64,000 nucleotides of DNA, from NCBI GenBank assembly GCA_964187785.1, contig OZ076409.1, forward strand, positions 10,108,001-10,172,000. Direction: 5' to 3'. Numbering within the stretch: the stretch's first letter is position 1; each line of letters starts with the position of its first letter. Position numbers and translations under genes: made by a program. The notes beneath the pieces were generated by a model. That model was not told where the DNA came from, did no database searches, and saw nothing but the letters and a program-made list of their open reading frames with translations. Positions 48,752 through 61,730 of the stretch are shown here, one piece after another. This stretch comes from Amphiscolops sp. MND2022 (Eukaryota).

Positions 48752-49160
48752 TATATTTCGTCCTATACACTTTCAACCTATGCAATTTCAACTGCTGCCA
48801 TTCCAACCGTTGACAATTTTATCCTATTGCTTTTTCAACTGTCGCAATTTCGACCTAAACCAAAATTGGCTATTGATCCTATTAGTTATATAATTATTTG
48901 AGGTGGTTTTCATTTTGATTTATTTCTAAACTTAAATGTGCTAATTTTTACACCAGTTTTGTTACTTTTTGGCTTCTTCATGAATAATTACCACAAATTA
49001 AGGCTTTTTGACTCAATACTAACTTTTATAATGAAACAATAGCTCAACTGAAATAAAACGAAATAGCCAAAATTAGTTTAGGTCGAAATTGCGGACGGTT
49101 GAAAATGCAATATTGGAAAATGCAAAAGCGGACGGTTGAAAGTGTATAGAACGAAATGTC
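48752..49160. mobile_element. Foldback/MITE-like element with ~100-120-bp imperfect inverted arms
   Basis: ATTTCGTCCTATACACTTTCAACC...GCAATTTCGACCTAAAC...TTGGCTATT versus AATAGCCAA...GTTTAGGTCGAAATTGC...GGTTGAAAGTGTATAGAACGAAAT. Confidence 0.75.
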
Positions 49161-49406
49161 CCTGTCCTGACACCGAATGTTTGATGAACGATAGGTGGCC
49201 CAGGAACGTGCCTGAGAAAGTCTTGTGCCAAATGCTGACCCAAATTTGGCACCCAGAGTTGTCCACCTAAATGTATTTCACCACCAATTTCGTGGTCTTT
49301 CGAAGCTGGAACCCGAAGAGTTGATTATATGGTTAGATACGAGCCCAATTAAACAATGCCATTTGCACAGCGCGAAAATTTCTGCACGAACTACTTCATT
49401 TACGGA

Positions 49407-49827
49407 GGTATGCGAAAAACTCGTCGAAAACAACTAGTCGAAATTAAAGGGCGGAAAACTGGTCGAAAATTAACTCGTCGAATAATAATTGAGTTCAAAC
49501 TCGTCGAAGAATTACAGATTACACACAGGGATTGTCCAGTGCTAATTATGGACTCATTTTTGTTGATTGATACGTGGAATTTTCAGTTTTACGCATAATA
49601 TAGCTTTTTGGTTACATAATTGCTTGAAATGTTTCACTTTTATAGTTTACAGTGCAGTACTTCATAATAATTTAGAGGTTCATAACACGGTATGATCACA
49701 AAGTTATGACTATATTTGCCTGAGATTATTATCTGTTCTTGCGACGAGTTTTCCGTTTTAGAGTTTCAGCGAGTTGCTTTTCGACGAGTTGTTTTCGACG
49801 AGTTGTTTTCGACGAGTTTTCCTAGAT
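49407..49827. mobile_element. Second foldback/MITE-like element with AACTCGTCGAAA subrepeats
   Basis: Several AACTCGTCGAA units at 49416-49510 and inverted TTCGACGAGTT units at 49740-49820. Confidence 0.75.
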
Positions 49828-50135
49828 TCATTTACGAATACTTTATTGCTGGAGCGGTAAAGGTTTTGCAGATTTTATTCTTTTTTAAAAGAGAAAAAAC
49901 TCCAAATTTCGTTTTACGATAGTATGCTGAGCAGCAAACATGTTTGTTATTGAAATGTAACCTCTGCAAAAACGTGACCCAATTGTATGAATGAGAATTG
50001 TACTCAACGAGAACAAAGACGATGCACATTTAAATCCCACGTACTCTCAGCCACTTTTGTCAGAGTCTTCATATCATCACTGAAGGGCCTTTCTGAAGAG
50101 CATCACAAGAAAGCCAGCAATTCAAAACAACAATT

Positions 50136-50360
50136 GGGGGGATCAATGGCGTAGTGGTTAGAGCATTCGGTTTGTACTGGGCGGTAGCAGGTTCGAATCT
50201 CTTTCAACTCACCATTGTTGGTCCTTAAGCAAGTCTTTTATCCCTAGCTCAGTGGTATGGTCAATGATAAAAAATAACTCCTTTGGCGGAAAAAAGCAAA
50301 ACAAAAAGAGCAACGGTGAGCAGTCAGACCATTGTGACCTTGAGCAAGTCACTTTGAAAT
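50136..50360 (+). mobile_element. tRNA-derived SINE-like relic with a CORE-like segment (3' end not defined)
   Basis: A box TGGCGTAGTGG (50147), B box GGTTCGAATC (50190), TGTGACCTTGAGCAAGTCACTT (50333-50354). Confidence 0.65.
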
Positions 50361-52959
50361 CACAGCTTCAAGTCCACCATTGCTTGGCCACTTGGCTGCA
50401 AATATGGTGCCATAGCTTGCTATGGGAAGATAGTATCCAAAAGGGCACCGACTTAGAAAAGCAGAACTTCCACCCCGCGGTAATGGGGAAACTATTTACT
50501 CCTCCTCCTAACAACCACAAAATGAAAAGTAACAGAACGCGTAACATAAGCAGAGCGTCGACCCTCCGGCAGCAAACAAATCAACCGATTTTCAGGTAAG
50601 TTTATGAACCAGATCTCAACATCGGGAACGAACGTTGAAAATCTTTGCAAGTTCCTGAGGATAACTCAACTCGGGAAAAACCTAATTGCAATGCCTATCT
50701 TTTTATCTTTAAAATGTTTAAACTTACTCGTTGGGGTGATAAATAACTATGGTCGCTTTTCCAGAGATCAAAAACCTGTGATGTGTTTCTACAAAAACCA
50801 GGTTTTTTTAACCAAGGAATGTATTTATAGGAGCGGCATTGCGAGAGTTTTATTTCGATTTTTGACGCAAAAACTCAAAATTCTTTACATTCAATCCTCC
50901 TTTGTATGCCATGTATGTACCAGTTTAAAATACAATTTGTTCCAAGATACCCCACCTTCAGTTACATGGTCCGAATTTAGCGGGAAAGCGTGCGAAAGCT
51001 CTAGAAAACTAATGCTCTCCTATGACGTCTAGTTATTGTAACGGCATCCTGTGATCAACGACGATTTTCGAAACTTTCAAGATTTGCTGAAAAATTCAGG
51101 GATGACGTGGCACTCGAACATGGTTTTCATTCGAATTACCTGCCCAGAGAAGCATTGAAAGCTGGAAGAGCAGACCCCGCGAAGCGGAGAGAACCGAAAA
51201 AGCGTAAGATGGACCTGTGAAACGGTCCGAGAGCCTAGCCTATGCGCTAAACTTCGAAAAAACCCACGGTGACAAGATGAAAACGTGTTGTGCCAGACAA
51301 CCCATATGTTGAGATCATTGCCATTCCCGGACCCATGGATGTGATCAGCCCAAGAACCGCCGGTGCTATGCCACCTAGACTCAACTGCTCGCCAAACACT
51401 GGATTTAACTCTTTTATGAGGCTGTTTAAGGATTTGTTTGATTAATTTGTTATTCGAGAGCTTTTGATGCTATTTACGATTCTGGACGATTCAATTGAGT
51501 TCTATGCACTAGCCCCGTTTTTATAGGCTGTTTAGACGGTGGTTGTGAAGAGAAAAAGCATAAAGCCCGTTATTCTCAGCAGTTAAAGACTGGAACAGGT
51601 CAGAGAGCATCCCTTAGGACGGTTGCCCCTGCTCGGGACCGGCTACCCACAGGAGGACAAAGTGAGCTGGTGCTACGGTGGTTTGTCCCGGACCATATCC
51701 ATAGTGTCAGTTCCTCTACTCCAATGTTTCGTCCCAAACGCTTAGCGCTTGCCGATACATGGAACTTCATTTTTTGGCCACCACAGAGGGATCGTCTATG
51801 GAAAGCTTTCCTGCATGGTTATTAAAATTTCTGACCCTCTGGTGTTTAGCGCCAAGACCGTTTCGACTCTGGGAGAAGCCAGAGTTTTCCTTTATTTTAA
51901 CGTTTATGCGTATTCCTAGCAGCTGGAACGAAGAAAGCCCAGAAAAACCCGAGAAAGATGCGTTTTCAGGTGTGAAAATAGCATTTTTCAGGTTGAAAAA
52001 CCCGTAAATGCATGTTGTGTGATGTCATGTTGTTAGCCCATCAACGGGTACATGTTTTGCAGGTTATGGCTACCGTAGCACGTGGCTACGGGTGGTTAAC
52101 CGGTTTATCTAGCCTTTTTCAGCTTTTTGAGCTATGCAAGACAGGTACCGACGGAGGAAAATCCATACTCCACCCGAGCGACGGGGAGGTGAAATTGAGT
52201 GCTATGGTTCGCCGTAACCCCTTTCTCGTGGAGACGTCCGTTATAGGTGAAATTTGGTGGACAGCTAGTACAACTCCTGACGAAGCTAACTGGTCTCCCG
52301 CAAGTCTCTAACTGGTCTGGATGTGGAGAAATTGCGTGGCGAAGGTACACGCCCTTGGAGCAGATGTGTCGTTCAGATGGGTCATGGTCCCTGAAAATTT
52401 TAAAATTGCGTCTTTTTTCATGGGGAATCATTGGTACAGAACAATCACACTTTTTGACGATGTAACGACACCCTATGGAACGCTTTTGAGCAAAGAAAAC
52501 AGAGTTTTTCCAAAAAACAGCGAAAATTCGTGTTTTTGAATGTTTTCTTTGGTTGGAGCACGAGTGCTCCGTAAGTCCAACGTAGCTCTGCCAGAATGAT
52601 GGCAAAAGCTGCCTCAAAGCCTGAGGGAGCAGAAAAAACAACGGGCAAGCGTTCCCGTTGCCCCTTTCAGGTGAAAAAGTTGGAATTTCAAGTGAAAAGG
52701 TGCGAAAAGTGAGAAAAAGGGTAAAGAACACCCTAAAAACACCACAGTGACTAGGTGTAGAAGCCTGGGGTACCGCCATAAAGTGGTTTCTCGAGCGAGT
52801 CACAACCCTAGGGTACCGGAAATACTTTCAGTACTTTCAGTAACTGTTTGGCTGGTATAGAAGCAGCAAGAAAGTGAAAATCTTGCAATATTGGCCGTCT
52901 GTGGTGAAGTTGGACATAGCGTGAAAAATTCATTGAACTCAAACCTTAATTATTTCCGC

Positions 52960-53234
52960 GAGCCTAAGCGCTCTCATTTTCTGTTTGTACAATAAAAACA
53001 ACGCATTGTGGTGAAAACCGCGTGCAAAAATTCCTTTTCAGTGTCAAGAAAAGTTGAAAAACCTTGACTTTTAGTTAGTTTCAGGAAAGTCTGAGTACAC
53101 AGTTAAAACCCCCAGGGCACTCCGTCTTTTTGAGCCTATGCGCCCTCATTTCCTGTTTGTCTATAAAAAATAACGTGTAGTGGTGAAAACCGCATGTAAA
53201 AACTCCCATTCAGTGCTGAGAAAAGTGGAAAAAC
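52960..53234. repeat. Diverged ~100-bp direct repeat pair (period ~172 bp) in the leader of element 2
   Basis: GAGCCTA.GCGC.CTCATTT.CTGTTTGT...GTGGTGAAAACCGC.TG.AAAA at 52960 and 53132. Confidence 0.75.
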
Positions 53235-54825
53235 GCACTAAATTTGGCCGAACTCCCACAAAATCGGACTGTCCAATTGTTAGGGTCGGGTCATTAATTC
53301 CCGAACCCTAGCTAAAAACCGGTGGCATTTTCGTTACCACTGCCAAAATAAATGCTAGTGCAGAAATTTTGGTGGCCCTAGCGCTAACCAAAGTCGAGAA
53401 AAATCCTCCGACGTTTTGACCTCAGACAGCACCGACATAACCAAAAAAAGCCAAAACTGTAGGACCGACAGCGTCTTATACCTAACGGGCACGTCCAATT
53501 GAAGGGCTTGTGACAGTGCTGTGATTAGTGGGGCAACACGTTGACCCTACTTTGCCTGCCGTAACATTTCTAGTGTCGACCCTCTTAGCCGATTTGTGAG
53601 AATAGTGTCAAAAAGAGGACCGCTTTCTCTAAGAGCGTGTCGGTACTCAGCCGAAGTCCCAAATAAGCCAAGGCGTTTCAATTGGACTATCAAACCAGCA
53701 TAGTGACTGCCCACTGGCAACGCGTACCAAGTTTTGTGTCGATTAGTACGATAGTGATCGAGAAATAGACGGAAACGTACTGTACAAAAACGGGTAGAAA
53801 AAGGCAGTTTTTTCAAAATTTTTTTCGAAAGACCCGGATGCCTTAGTCGGAGAGTGAGAACAAATTGACGCTCACTGACGTAACTGGTACCAGTTGGCAC
53901 ACCGCTAGCGGAAAAACCAGACCGCTGACAATTGCCAGTGTCTAGAAGTTGTGTGATAAGAGTGCATTTTGACCCCTATTGGTATACAAGAGTACCGCAC
54001 GTCTGTACCCAGGAGAAAGTGTGCACAAGTCAAGGAACCCAAATCGGCGTTTACCATCGTGTACCTACATGTATGTACAATCTCCTGGCCAAATTTGAGC
54101 CAGATCCAACTGCTGAGTGACGAATACGAGCCACTTGTGTTTTTTGCGTAATCTGAGAAAATAGCGAAAGTGTGTAAACGTTCCGCACTGGTCTCCACAC
54201 ACACCTAATGTAAATCCAGGCTCTCTTTCGGAGTTTGTGGGTAAATACCTACTGCGTGTGCAAATTTGAGCTCGATACTACCGTTGGAAGTGTTTTCGAC
54301 CTTCCCGAAACGTGCTAAGGTCGAAAATATCTTAAGTCCTCACCGGAACGACTGGAGGTCGCATTCCCCCTGGGAACCCCTGAGGGCAGATTGCGGGAAC
54401 CGTAAGGATCTCCCGAGTTCCCGGAACTCCTGTTACGGAAGGTGACCCTTGCAGGGGTGTTGCGGACACGACTTCGCGTGACCACATAGCCTATAGGTTG
54501 TCGGATTGGACGTCATCGGTACGTTGATTCAAATCACTGCGCGGTCGTCCGATTGATAATCATGTTCTGGACCGGTGTAGCGGCCATTGTCAAGCTGCTC
54601 ACGCGCGGGATGCCGAGAACTAGCGAGTCCAGCACCAGCAATGCAGTAGACACCGATGATGCGCAAGAAACGAGGTCGATCCAACTAGAGGACTCTAGCA
54701 CTACTGGCGAACTGAGCCTAACGGCATGGTCCTCTGTGGATTCCTTAGTAACCGGTTCTTCCTTTTCAGAAGCAATGAGTGATTGTGTAACTGCCGATCA
54801 GCAGTGACGAGAGGAGCAGAATGCC

Positions 54826-57220
54826 ATGACTCTCAATCGTGGGGATTCGTCCGTATCCAATGAGCTTATCCGAACGGGACAGTGGATCCAAGACAATCGG
54901 GGTGAATTGGTATCGCCTCAAACCGCGAGGTTCTGGCCCAACTCAAATCAAACGACAGCGCAGGTGACCTCTACGCGTGATGGGTGCTTTAGGGCACCCC
55001 GAGACGATGATAGCACAGCCAGTGTCGACACTGCGGCGGTCTTGGAGAATATGACCTACGTTGGTGGCATGAACTATGCTAAATACCGCCTCGAGGCAAG
55101 CCGAGCCAAAAGCGCTGGCAAACAGAAGAAGACACGCCCTCCCACATTGTGTGTGCAAGAAGAATTGGCCGTAACAGTGCCTCTTGTTGTCGCGATGGCA
55201 CCACGTCGAGCACCTCTTCACGACGTTCCTCGGCGTACAGAGCCGTTGAGGAGGCGGCAGCAGCAAGGACCGCGATGCTCAAAGCGGAAGCTGAAGCCCA
55301 GCGGGCCTTGACACGTTTAGCCGACACCCGCGCTGAGTGCAATGAACAACACCAAGCTATCACTTCGGAACTGGAGGCTATGCAGACCTCGGTAAAGGAA
55401 AGCTTGAGGCCTGCCACCCAACAGACAACAGTGCAAGCAGCCAAGGTCGACGCCTTGGGGTATCGTCTGGAAGAGATGAAAGACATGCTCATCCAACGCG
55501 AACTGCGCATGGAAGTCCAGATGGTGGAGCTTAACAACCAGATGCATACCCTGAGCGCTGCGTCCCGCACAGCGGCACCTGCAGATAAGCAACCCAAGGC
55601 CGCCGAACCCATCGCATCCACCAGCAAGACAGTGCCTATGCGCACTCCTAATCAGTCGATCACGTTGAAGATGAGCCCCAAGTCTGAACCCAGAGTATCC
55701 AAACCGCCACCGACAGGCAAGAAGACCAACAAAGTGCTTGTGTGCGCACCCAACCCACTTAGTAGCGTGTCGCTACCGCCGGCACCAACATTTACTCGCA
55801 CCCAAAATCGAGCAGTAGATCCCATGACGACTACCTCATCAACCGTCGATCTAACTGACACCAATGCAACAGCTGGCTCACGCGATAGCAGCGCCGAAGA
55901 CGAGGTCTACACCACAGCCAGAAGCGGAACCGCAGGTATCACCTCAATGTTCCTCACTGCGAGTGAGGGAGTCCCCACTGGTGACCCTTGCGCCAGTAGC
56001 ACTCGTAAGAGGGACGACGTAAATGGTGAACTGTCTATGCAAGCCACCAGGGAAAGTCGAGACAATTCTCCCGCCCCTAGTGAGAAAGGAGAAGTGGTCT
56101 CCCAAGAGCAGTAACTTTTCACTGCGGCAATTTCCAAAGCCATGTCCAAAAAGTTAGCCCCATCGCTGGCCGGGAGTGACCCGACGCAGGCCAGGCCCAG
56201 TGTCTACCGAGGTTCAAAGGAGGGTTCCATTGATGATCCTAGTTATACGTCGCTACCTCCAACGCACTCAGGCCAAAGCCACCCCCGATGACAAAGCATG
56301 GAGAATCATTGGGCACCTAGAAGGTGAAGCCAGAAACTACATCATCAACAAGGCCGAGTCTGAAAGAGACACCCCGGAAAAGGTCTTCGACTTGTTAGCT
56401 AGTCGATTCGGAACGGGAGGTAATCGCATGCAAGTGCGTCAGGCCTTCGCAACGCGACAGCAATCCGACAGGGAAGACTGGATGCAGTATTTAGATGCAT
56501 TGGAGGGGCTGAGAAGCCAAGGCTTCCCTGGTGAGTCCGTCACAACTAAACGTTATGAAATCTTGCAGCGCTTTATCGAAAACGTTCGTGACCCAGCCTT
56601 GCAGAGGGACTTCTCCATTATCTATGCGTCCGAATCCACGGTCACCGAGCCTCCCACTGTTGAATCATTGCGATTTACAACACGGCAACTGCAACGTACT
56701 CAACAAAGGTCGGCGCCTTATAACCCTCGATACGCCATGAGGTCAAGGCCTCATCCTTTCGCACCACTACCCCCCAACAAGACGTTGCTACCTCAAGGGG
56801 TGATGCCTCCCCCACCTGCGAGCAATGCCCGCTAAACCAAGCAGCGGCACAACCTGCCGTGCGTTTACCCTTGGGTGCTTGCTTTAATTGTGGCCAAACT
56901 GGACACTCTGCTCGAGACTGCCCCAATCGCGACGAAGCTCGTAAACCACCGGCTGCCCCCGAGCCTGAAGGCGTGAAAGTCACTGCCGAAGATGTGGCTG
57001 ATGGTATTCTGGAAGGCTGTCCCGGAATTCGTCAATGCAGCAACTGTGGAATTTTCGATCATGCAGATATGCAAAGCGGTGAGCACTCTAACTCTCCGAA
57101 ACCAAGTGACGAATTCACCTACAACCGATGGGCCGAGGTCGAGTCGGGTGGCGTTGCTGCGCACACAGTACCCCTAGAGGATGATCGCGTATTAATGCTA
57201 CATCCGGCGGAACCGCCAAC
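54826..57220 (+). pseudogene. gag: gag: coiled coil, capsid-like domain and CCHC zinc knuckle
   Basis: KAWRIIGHLEGEARNYI...LASRFG; CFNCGQTGHSARDC at ~56880; frameshifts and stops between fragments. Confidence 0.9.
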
Positions 57221-57221
57221 A

Positions 57222-58436
57222 TTCTACACCCCGCTAACAACTACTTGCGGTGCCAAGCAAGTCCAAACCTGCTGAGAGCCTACCACGTTCGACCCACAAG
57301 GACGGACGTCGATCTCCATTCACCTGATGTTAGCCGCCGAACAACTGCGGAGGCCAACGTTAACCCTGGCGAAGCTCTGGGTTGAACTATCCCTCCTCTA
57401 TAGACGAGTTGAGTTGCCCCGTCCCAAAGAGTGGTACGCCCCTGGAGATTCTGAAACCCTGACGACGTATTCCCCAGTGCCAATCTGTGCCACCATGGAC
57501 GGTGTGGACGTAAAGTTTGAAGCCTGTGTGGTGGTGGATGTGTTCCCACCTGGCATATGTCTGGGTCCCCAAGAACTGAAATGCTACAATATCAACCACC
57601 AGGAATACACTGGTGAGGCGCGTATAGACGAACGTGCGTCACTTGTTGTTTCTTTCGTAGTGCCCCATGCGGCACCTATCCCACTACATGGACTGGTGGA
57701 CACCGGTTCAGGCGTATCGATATTGACATTCTCCGCCTTCAGTCGAGTGGGTGCTCGGACCGGCACTGTCCTAAAGCCCTATCAAATCGACTTGTACGCT
57801 GCTAACGGAAAAACAATAAAGACCTTTGGACTTGCCGAGCAGATTCGTTTTCAATTAGGAGGGTACGAACTTGAAACCAACTTTGTCGTGGTGGACGATG
57901 CAATGGGTGTGGAGGACTTTCTGCTAGGCCGGAACTTCCTCCGTTCCTATCAGGTCCTGGTAGATCTCACGTCCATGAAGATTGTTGTGCGAGCGCCCGT
58001 GAAGCCCGTTTGGCATCATGCACACGCTCAGGAAGGTGATACTTCGTTAGCCACCCCGGTTGCCTTGGACAGCAATCTAGTCCTACAGCCTTTCGAGCGC
58101 ACAGTGGTTAAAGCCAAGCTCATCACTGACACGCTTGAACCATTGATCTTTCAAAGTGTAGCCTTGAACGCAGCCATTGCTGATGCATCGTTGCACAACG
58201 TTGTGTTTTTAGAGGACATGGTCGCCACTGTCAGCGAGTCAGGCTTGGTGTTCGTCAACCTGATGAATCTAACAAGTAACCCTCAACGAGTGCGGAAGGG
58301 AAATCGACTTGGCCATGTAGTACCTGTCTCCTTGGTCTACCAGGCCATCCCTCAGCAAACGCCAGACAACCCCGAAACTGAGGTCAATAACGACCATCTC
58401 TCGTTTGCAAATAGAGTTTATGAGCAAATGAACTAA
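57222..58436 (+). pseudogene. Pseudo-protease-like segment, aspartic protease and degenerate dUTPase-like linker
   Basis: LVDTGSGVSIL (GAC at 57699), FLLGRNFL; downstream VNLMNLT...VRKGNRLG; in frame with the gag knuckle across TGA 57273. Confidence 0.88.
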
Positions 58437-58478
58437 AGTACTGATTCTCAATTAACCTCTTCGTCCGAATTTGTATTT

Positions 58479-59925
58479 TTGTCTTCAACTGAGCCAACCG
58501 AAGCAGGTCTCTCGGATCGTGAGATACGCAAGCGCACGGACCCGGAGCTCATGGCTCCCATACCGGGACCTGAGTCACAGCTTAAGGATTTCCAGGACCT
58601 CTGGAGCCCAGCGGCCTGTACAGCGCTTGAGAACATTCTTACAGAGTTTGATGATCTGTTCATGAACCACAAAGCTGACATTGGTCGTTGTACCATAGCT
58701 AAGCATCCAGTGGAGGTGGAACTAGGCGCCATACCTCTCCGCGAGGGTGCAAGGCGCATGTCTCCTGAAAAAGCCAAACGGGCTAATGAGGAAGTGCGCA
58801 ACTTGCTTGTATTGGGAATGATCCGACCTTCCCTGTCCCCTTGGGCAAGCGGAATTGTGTTGGTGAAGAAAAAGAACGGCGAGTTACACTTCTGCTGTGA
58901 CTTCCGCCCCCTGAATGAGGTCACTGTAAAGGATGCGTATCCATTGCCTCGCATCGATGAAAGCCTAGCTAGGCTGGGCAAAGCTAAAATCTATACTAGC
59001 ATAGATCTAGCTTGGGCATTTTGACAAATTCCGGTTCGGAAAGATGACCGCCAAAAAACCGCCTCTGCCTGTGAGTTAGGATTGTTCCAGTGGAGACGCA
59101 TGTCCTTTGGCATGTGCAATGCCTCTGCCACCTTCCAAAGAGCAATAACACGAGCACTACGCAACATCGTGAATCGTGAAGGTAGCATGGTTATGGCCTA
59201 CATAGATGATATAGTCATCGCCACGGAAACCGTGGAAGACCACATGATACGTCTCCGTGAGGTGTTCAATTGCTTGCGCGAGGCTGGCTTCAAGATGCGA
59301 GTTGCTAAGTGCGATTTCATGAAGTCCAAAATCAAGTACCTCGGTCGTGTAGTGTCCGCGGAAGGGATAAAGCCCGACCCCAAGGCCGTTGCAAAGCTCC
59401 GCGACTGGGAAGTTCCGCGTAACAAGACAGAAATGCAACGCTACCTAGGCTTTGCCAATTATTACCGCGAATTCATTCCCTGGCATGCCAAACTGGTGGC
59501 CCCCTTGCATGCCATCACTGGCCTCAACGCTACCTTTGCTTGGGGATCCGAACAACAGCTTGCCTTAAATGAAATAAAAAATGCGCTCATCGATGCCACC
59601 GCGCTGGCGCAACCGGATTCCGAAGGCGAATTTGTACTGGATACCGATGCTAGTGCTGTTGCCATTTCTGGCATCCTCCACCAGTGGCAAGGCCCACCTG
59701 GAGAGCGACGTTTACGTCCAATACTCTATGATAGCAAGAAGCTCACCGCGACGCAAGCGAAATAAGGAGCGCCTAAACTGGAAATGTACGCTGCTTATCA
59801 CTTCATTGTGAAGAATCACAGCTACCTTTGCCCGCGCAAGTTCACGTTGAGAGTGGACAATCAGGCCCTCTCGTGGCTCAAAACCCCGAGCGCAACATCG
59901 CAATGCCGATGGATTGTCCAAACGA
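58479..59925 (+). pseudogene. pol: Reverse transcriptase and RNase H
   Basis: SPWASGIVLVKKK, DFRPLN, YPLPRID, FGMCNASATFQR, YIDD, YLGR, TDAS, DNQAL; stops at 59022 and 59763; short deletion near 59885. Confidence 0.96.
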
Positions 59926-61730
59926 ACAAATGATTACCCATGGAGGGAACAACAATTCGAGAGGCTGCCCCCAGTAGCAGAGCGCTGGAATTTCCTATCT
60001 CAAGAGGATTACGACCAGCTGCCCACAGCACCCTGGTTCGATCTACAAGGCCGGATTATCCCGAACCATCCTGAGCTACCTGAGCATCTCAAAAACCTGC
60101 AGCCCACACCTCCTGATATTGTCCAACGCGTGATCCGCCGCGCACAACGAAACCAACGGCAGAAAGCACTGGAAGCACCCTTGCCGCAACCGCCACCCCC
60201 AGTTCTTCATGCTCACGAAGACTTCTATCCCGACTATCCAGAGGACTGGATTGATGTGACTGAAGAAGCTCATCATGATTATCTGCTGCCCACGCACATT
60301 ACCAACGTACCCTCGCATACCACCTACGACCTGGCAAACACTGATGGAATGACCATGCAAAATGTCCCAGGTCACATCAGGCAAGCCGCACTGGCTGTTC
60401 ACAGTGTGGGTACCGAGCTGCACGAGCATACCCACACGGTTCATGGCATCAAGGACCTACTCCTCGCACAGAATCGAGACGTGCATGTTCTTTTACTCAA
60501 AAAACTGGTGAATGGGAAAAACAACGATCAAGATATATTTCCCGAGGACGTACGTGCATTTGCCCGGAACTATTTCAAGCAAAAGAAGGAGCTACTTTTT
60601 CTAAATTCCAACGGCGTGCTCTGTGTGAAATACCCCCCAGTGCAACGTCCACTTCATGAACGCCCTTGCATGATTGTGATGCCTCAGTTATATCAACATG
60701 AAATTCTCTTCCGTGCCCTCGATGCTATGGGTCACCAAGGCATCGGCAAAGTCGTGGCACGAATACAGGAACGCCACACCTGGCCTGGCATTCGCCGCAC
60801 TGTGGGCGAGTACGTGAGCCAGTGTCTCACGTGCCCGTATGTTCGAGACAAACCTGGGGACGTTCGGTTCCATCTCAAGAATATTCAATACGGATACTTC
60901 AATGAATTGGTCCAGTACGATCATATGAAGCTTTGCCCCACCGATGATGGAAACACGGGAATCTTAGTCATTATTGATCACTTGTCTAAATTTGCCGAGG
61001 CAGTCCCTTGTAGTCATGACGAGTATGACGCAATTACCACCTCGCGATTGCTCTTGCAAAAATGGTTTGCCCGTCATAGCACCCCTACCCGGATGCAATC
61101 GGACAATGCTCCGAATTTAACAGCGGAAGTCTCTAATGAATTTATGAAAGCCTCACAGGTCACGAAGGTGACCTCCACTGCTGGTCACCCCCGCACACAA
61201 GGTCTAGTAGAACGCCAGAATCGCACGCTACTCACTTTGTTGCGTGTTTTCTGCTCGCGACGAATGCGCGATTGGGATCGTCACTTGGACGAGGTCCTAG
61301 GTGCGTATAACTCCACACGTCACGCAACCACAGGGTTCTCACCTTACATGTTGACCAGGGGCACAGAAAAAGCGATACCCCTTACGTACCTGTATCCCGA
61401 GTTTGCCTCACGGTCCTTCCCCACACATGACGCTTACGTGGATCATGTACTAGCACGTCTCCAAGAGATCCACGACCTGGTGCGTAGAAACACGCACCAA
61501 GCTCAGCTGCGGCAAAAATTAAAGTACGACCGCGCAATACAGGCCAAAGCCTAAAAACCTGGCGACTTGGTCCGGGTCTTTTGTCGATACGTTCCTCAAA
61601 AAGGTTCACCGAAACTGATGCGAGCTTGGCGTGGCCCGCATCGCATTTTTCATACTCTGCAGGATGGGCGTGTTTACATCCTGGACACAGGACAAAAGGT
61701 CCACTTTGAACGTTTGAAACCTCATAATAG
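59914..61730 (+). pseudogene. int: Long RH-IN linker and integrase (degenerate HHCC, DDE, GPY/F-like)
   Basis: GHQG...WPGI...CLTC; QYDH, QSDN, LVERQNR; WRGPHRI beyond the in-frame TAA at 61552. Confidence 0.95.

Noticed and set aside
50136..50215. Functional tRNA gene
   Set aside because: A and B boxes are present, but I could not form a convincing acceptor stem or cloverleaf, and SINE-like sequence follows
52132..52803. 223-aa minus-strand ORF and neighbouring ORFs
   Set aside because: No recognisable motif, non-ATG start, located in leader-like DNA
51037..54550. Exact 5' LTR and PBS of element 2 (TGTAAC at 51037 or 52461; TGGTACCAG at ~53885)
   Set aside because: No second LTR in the window to confirm the ends, and no convincing tRNA 3'-end complement
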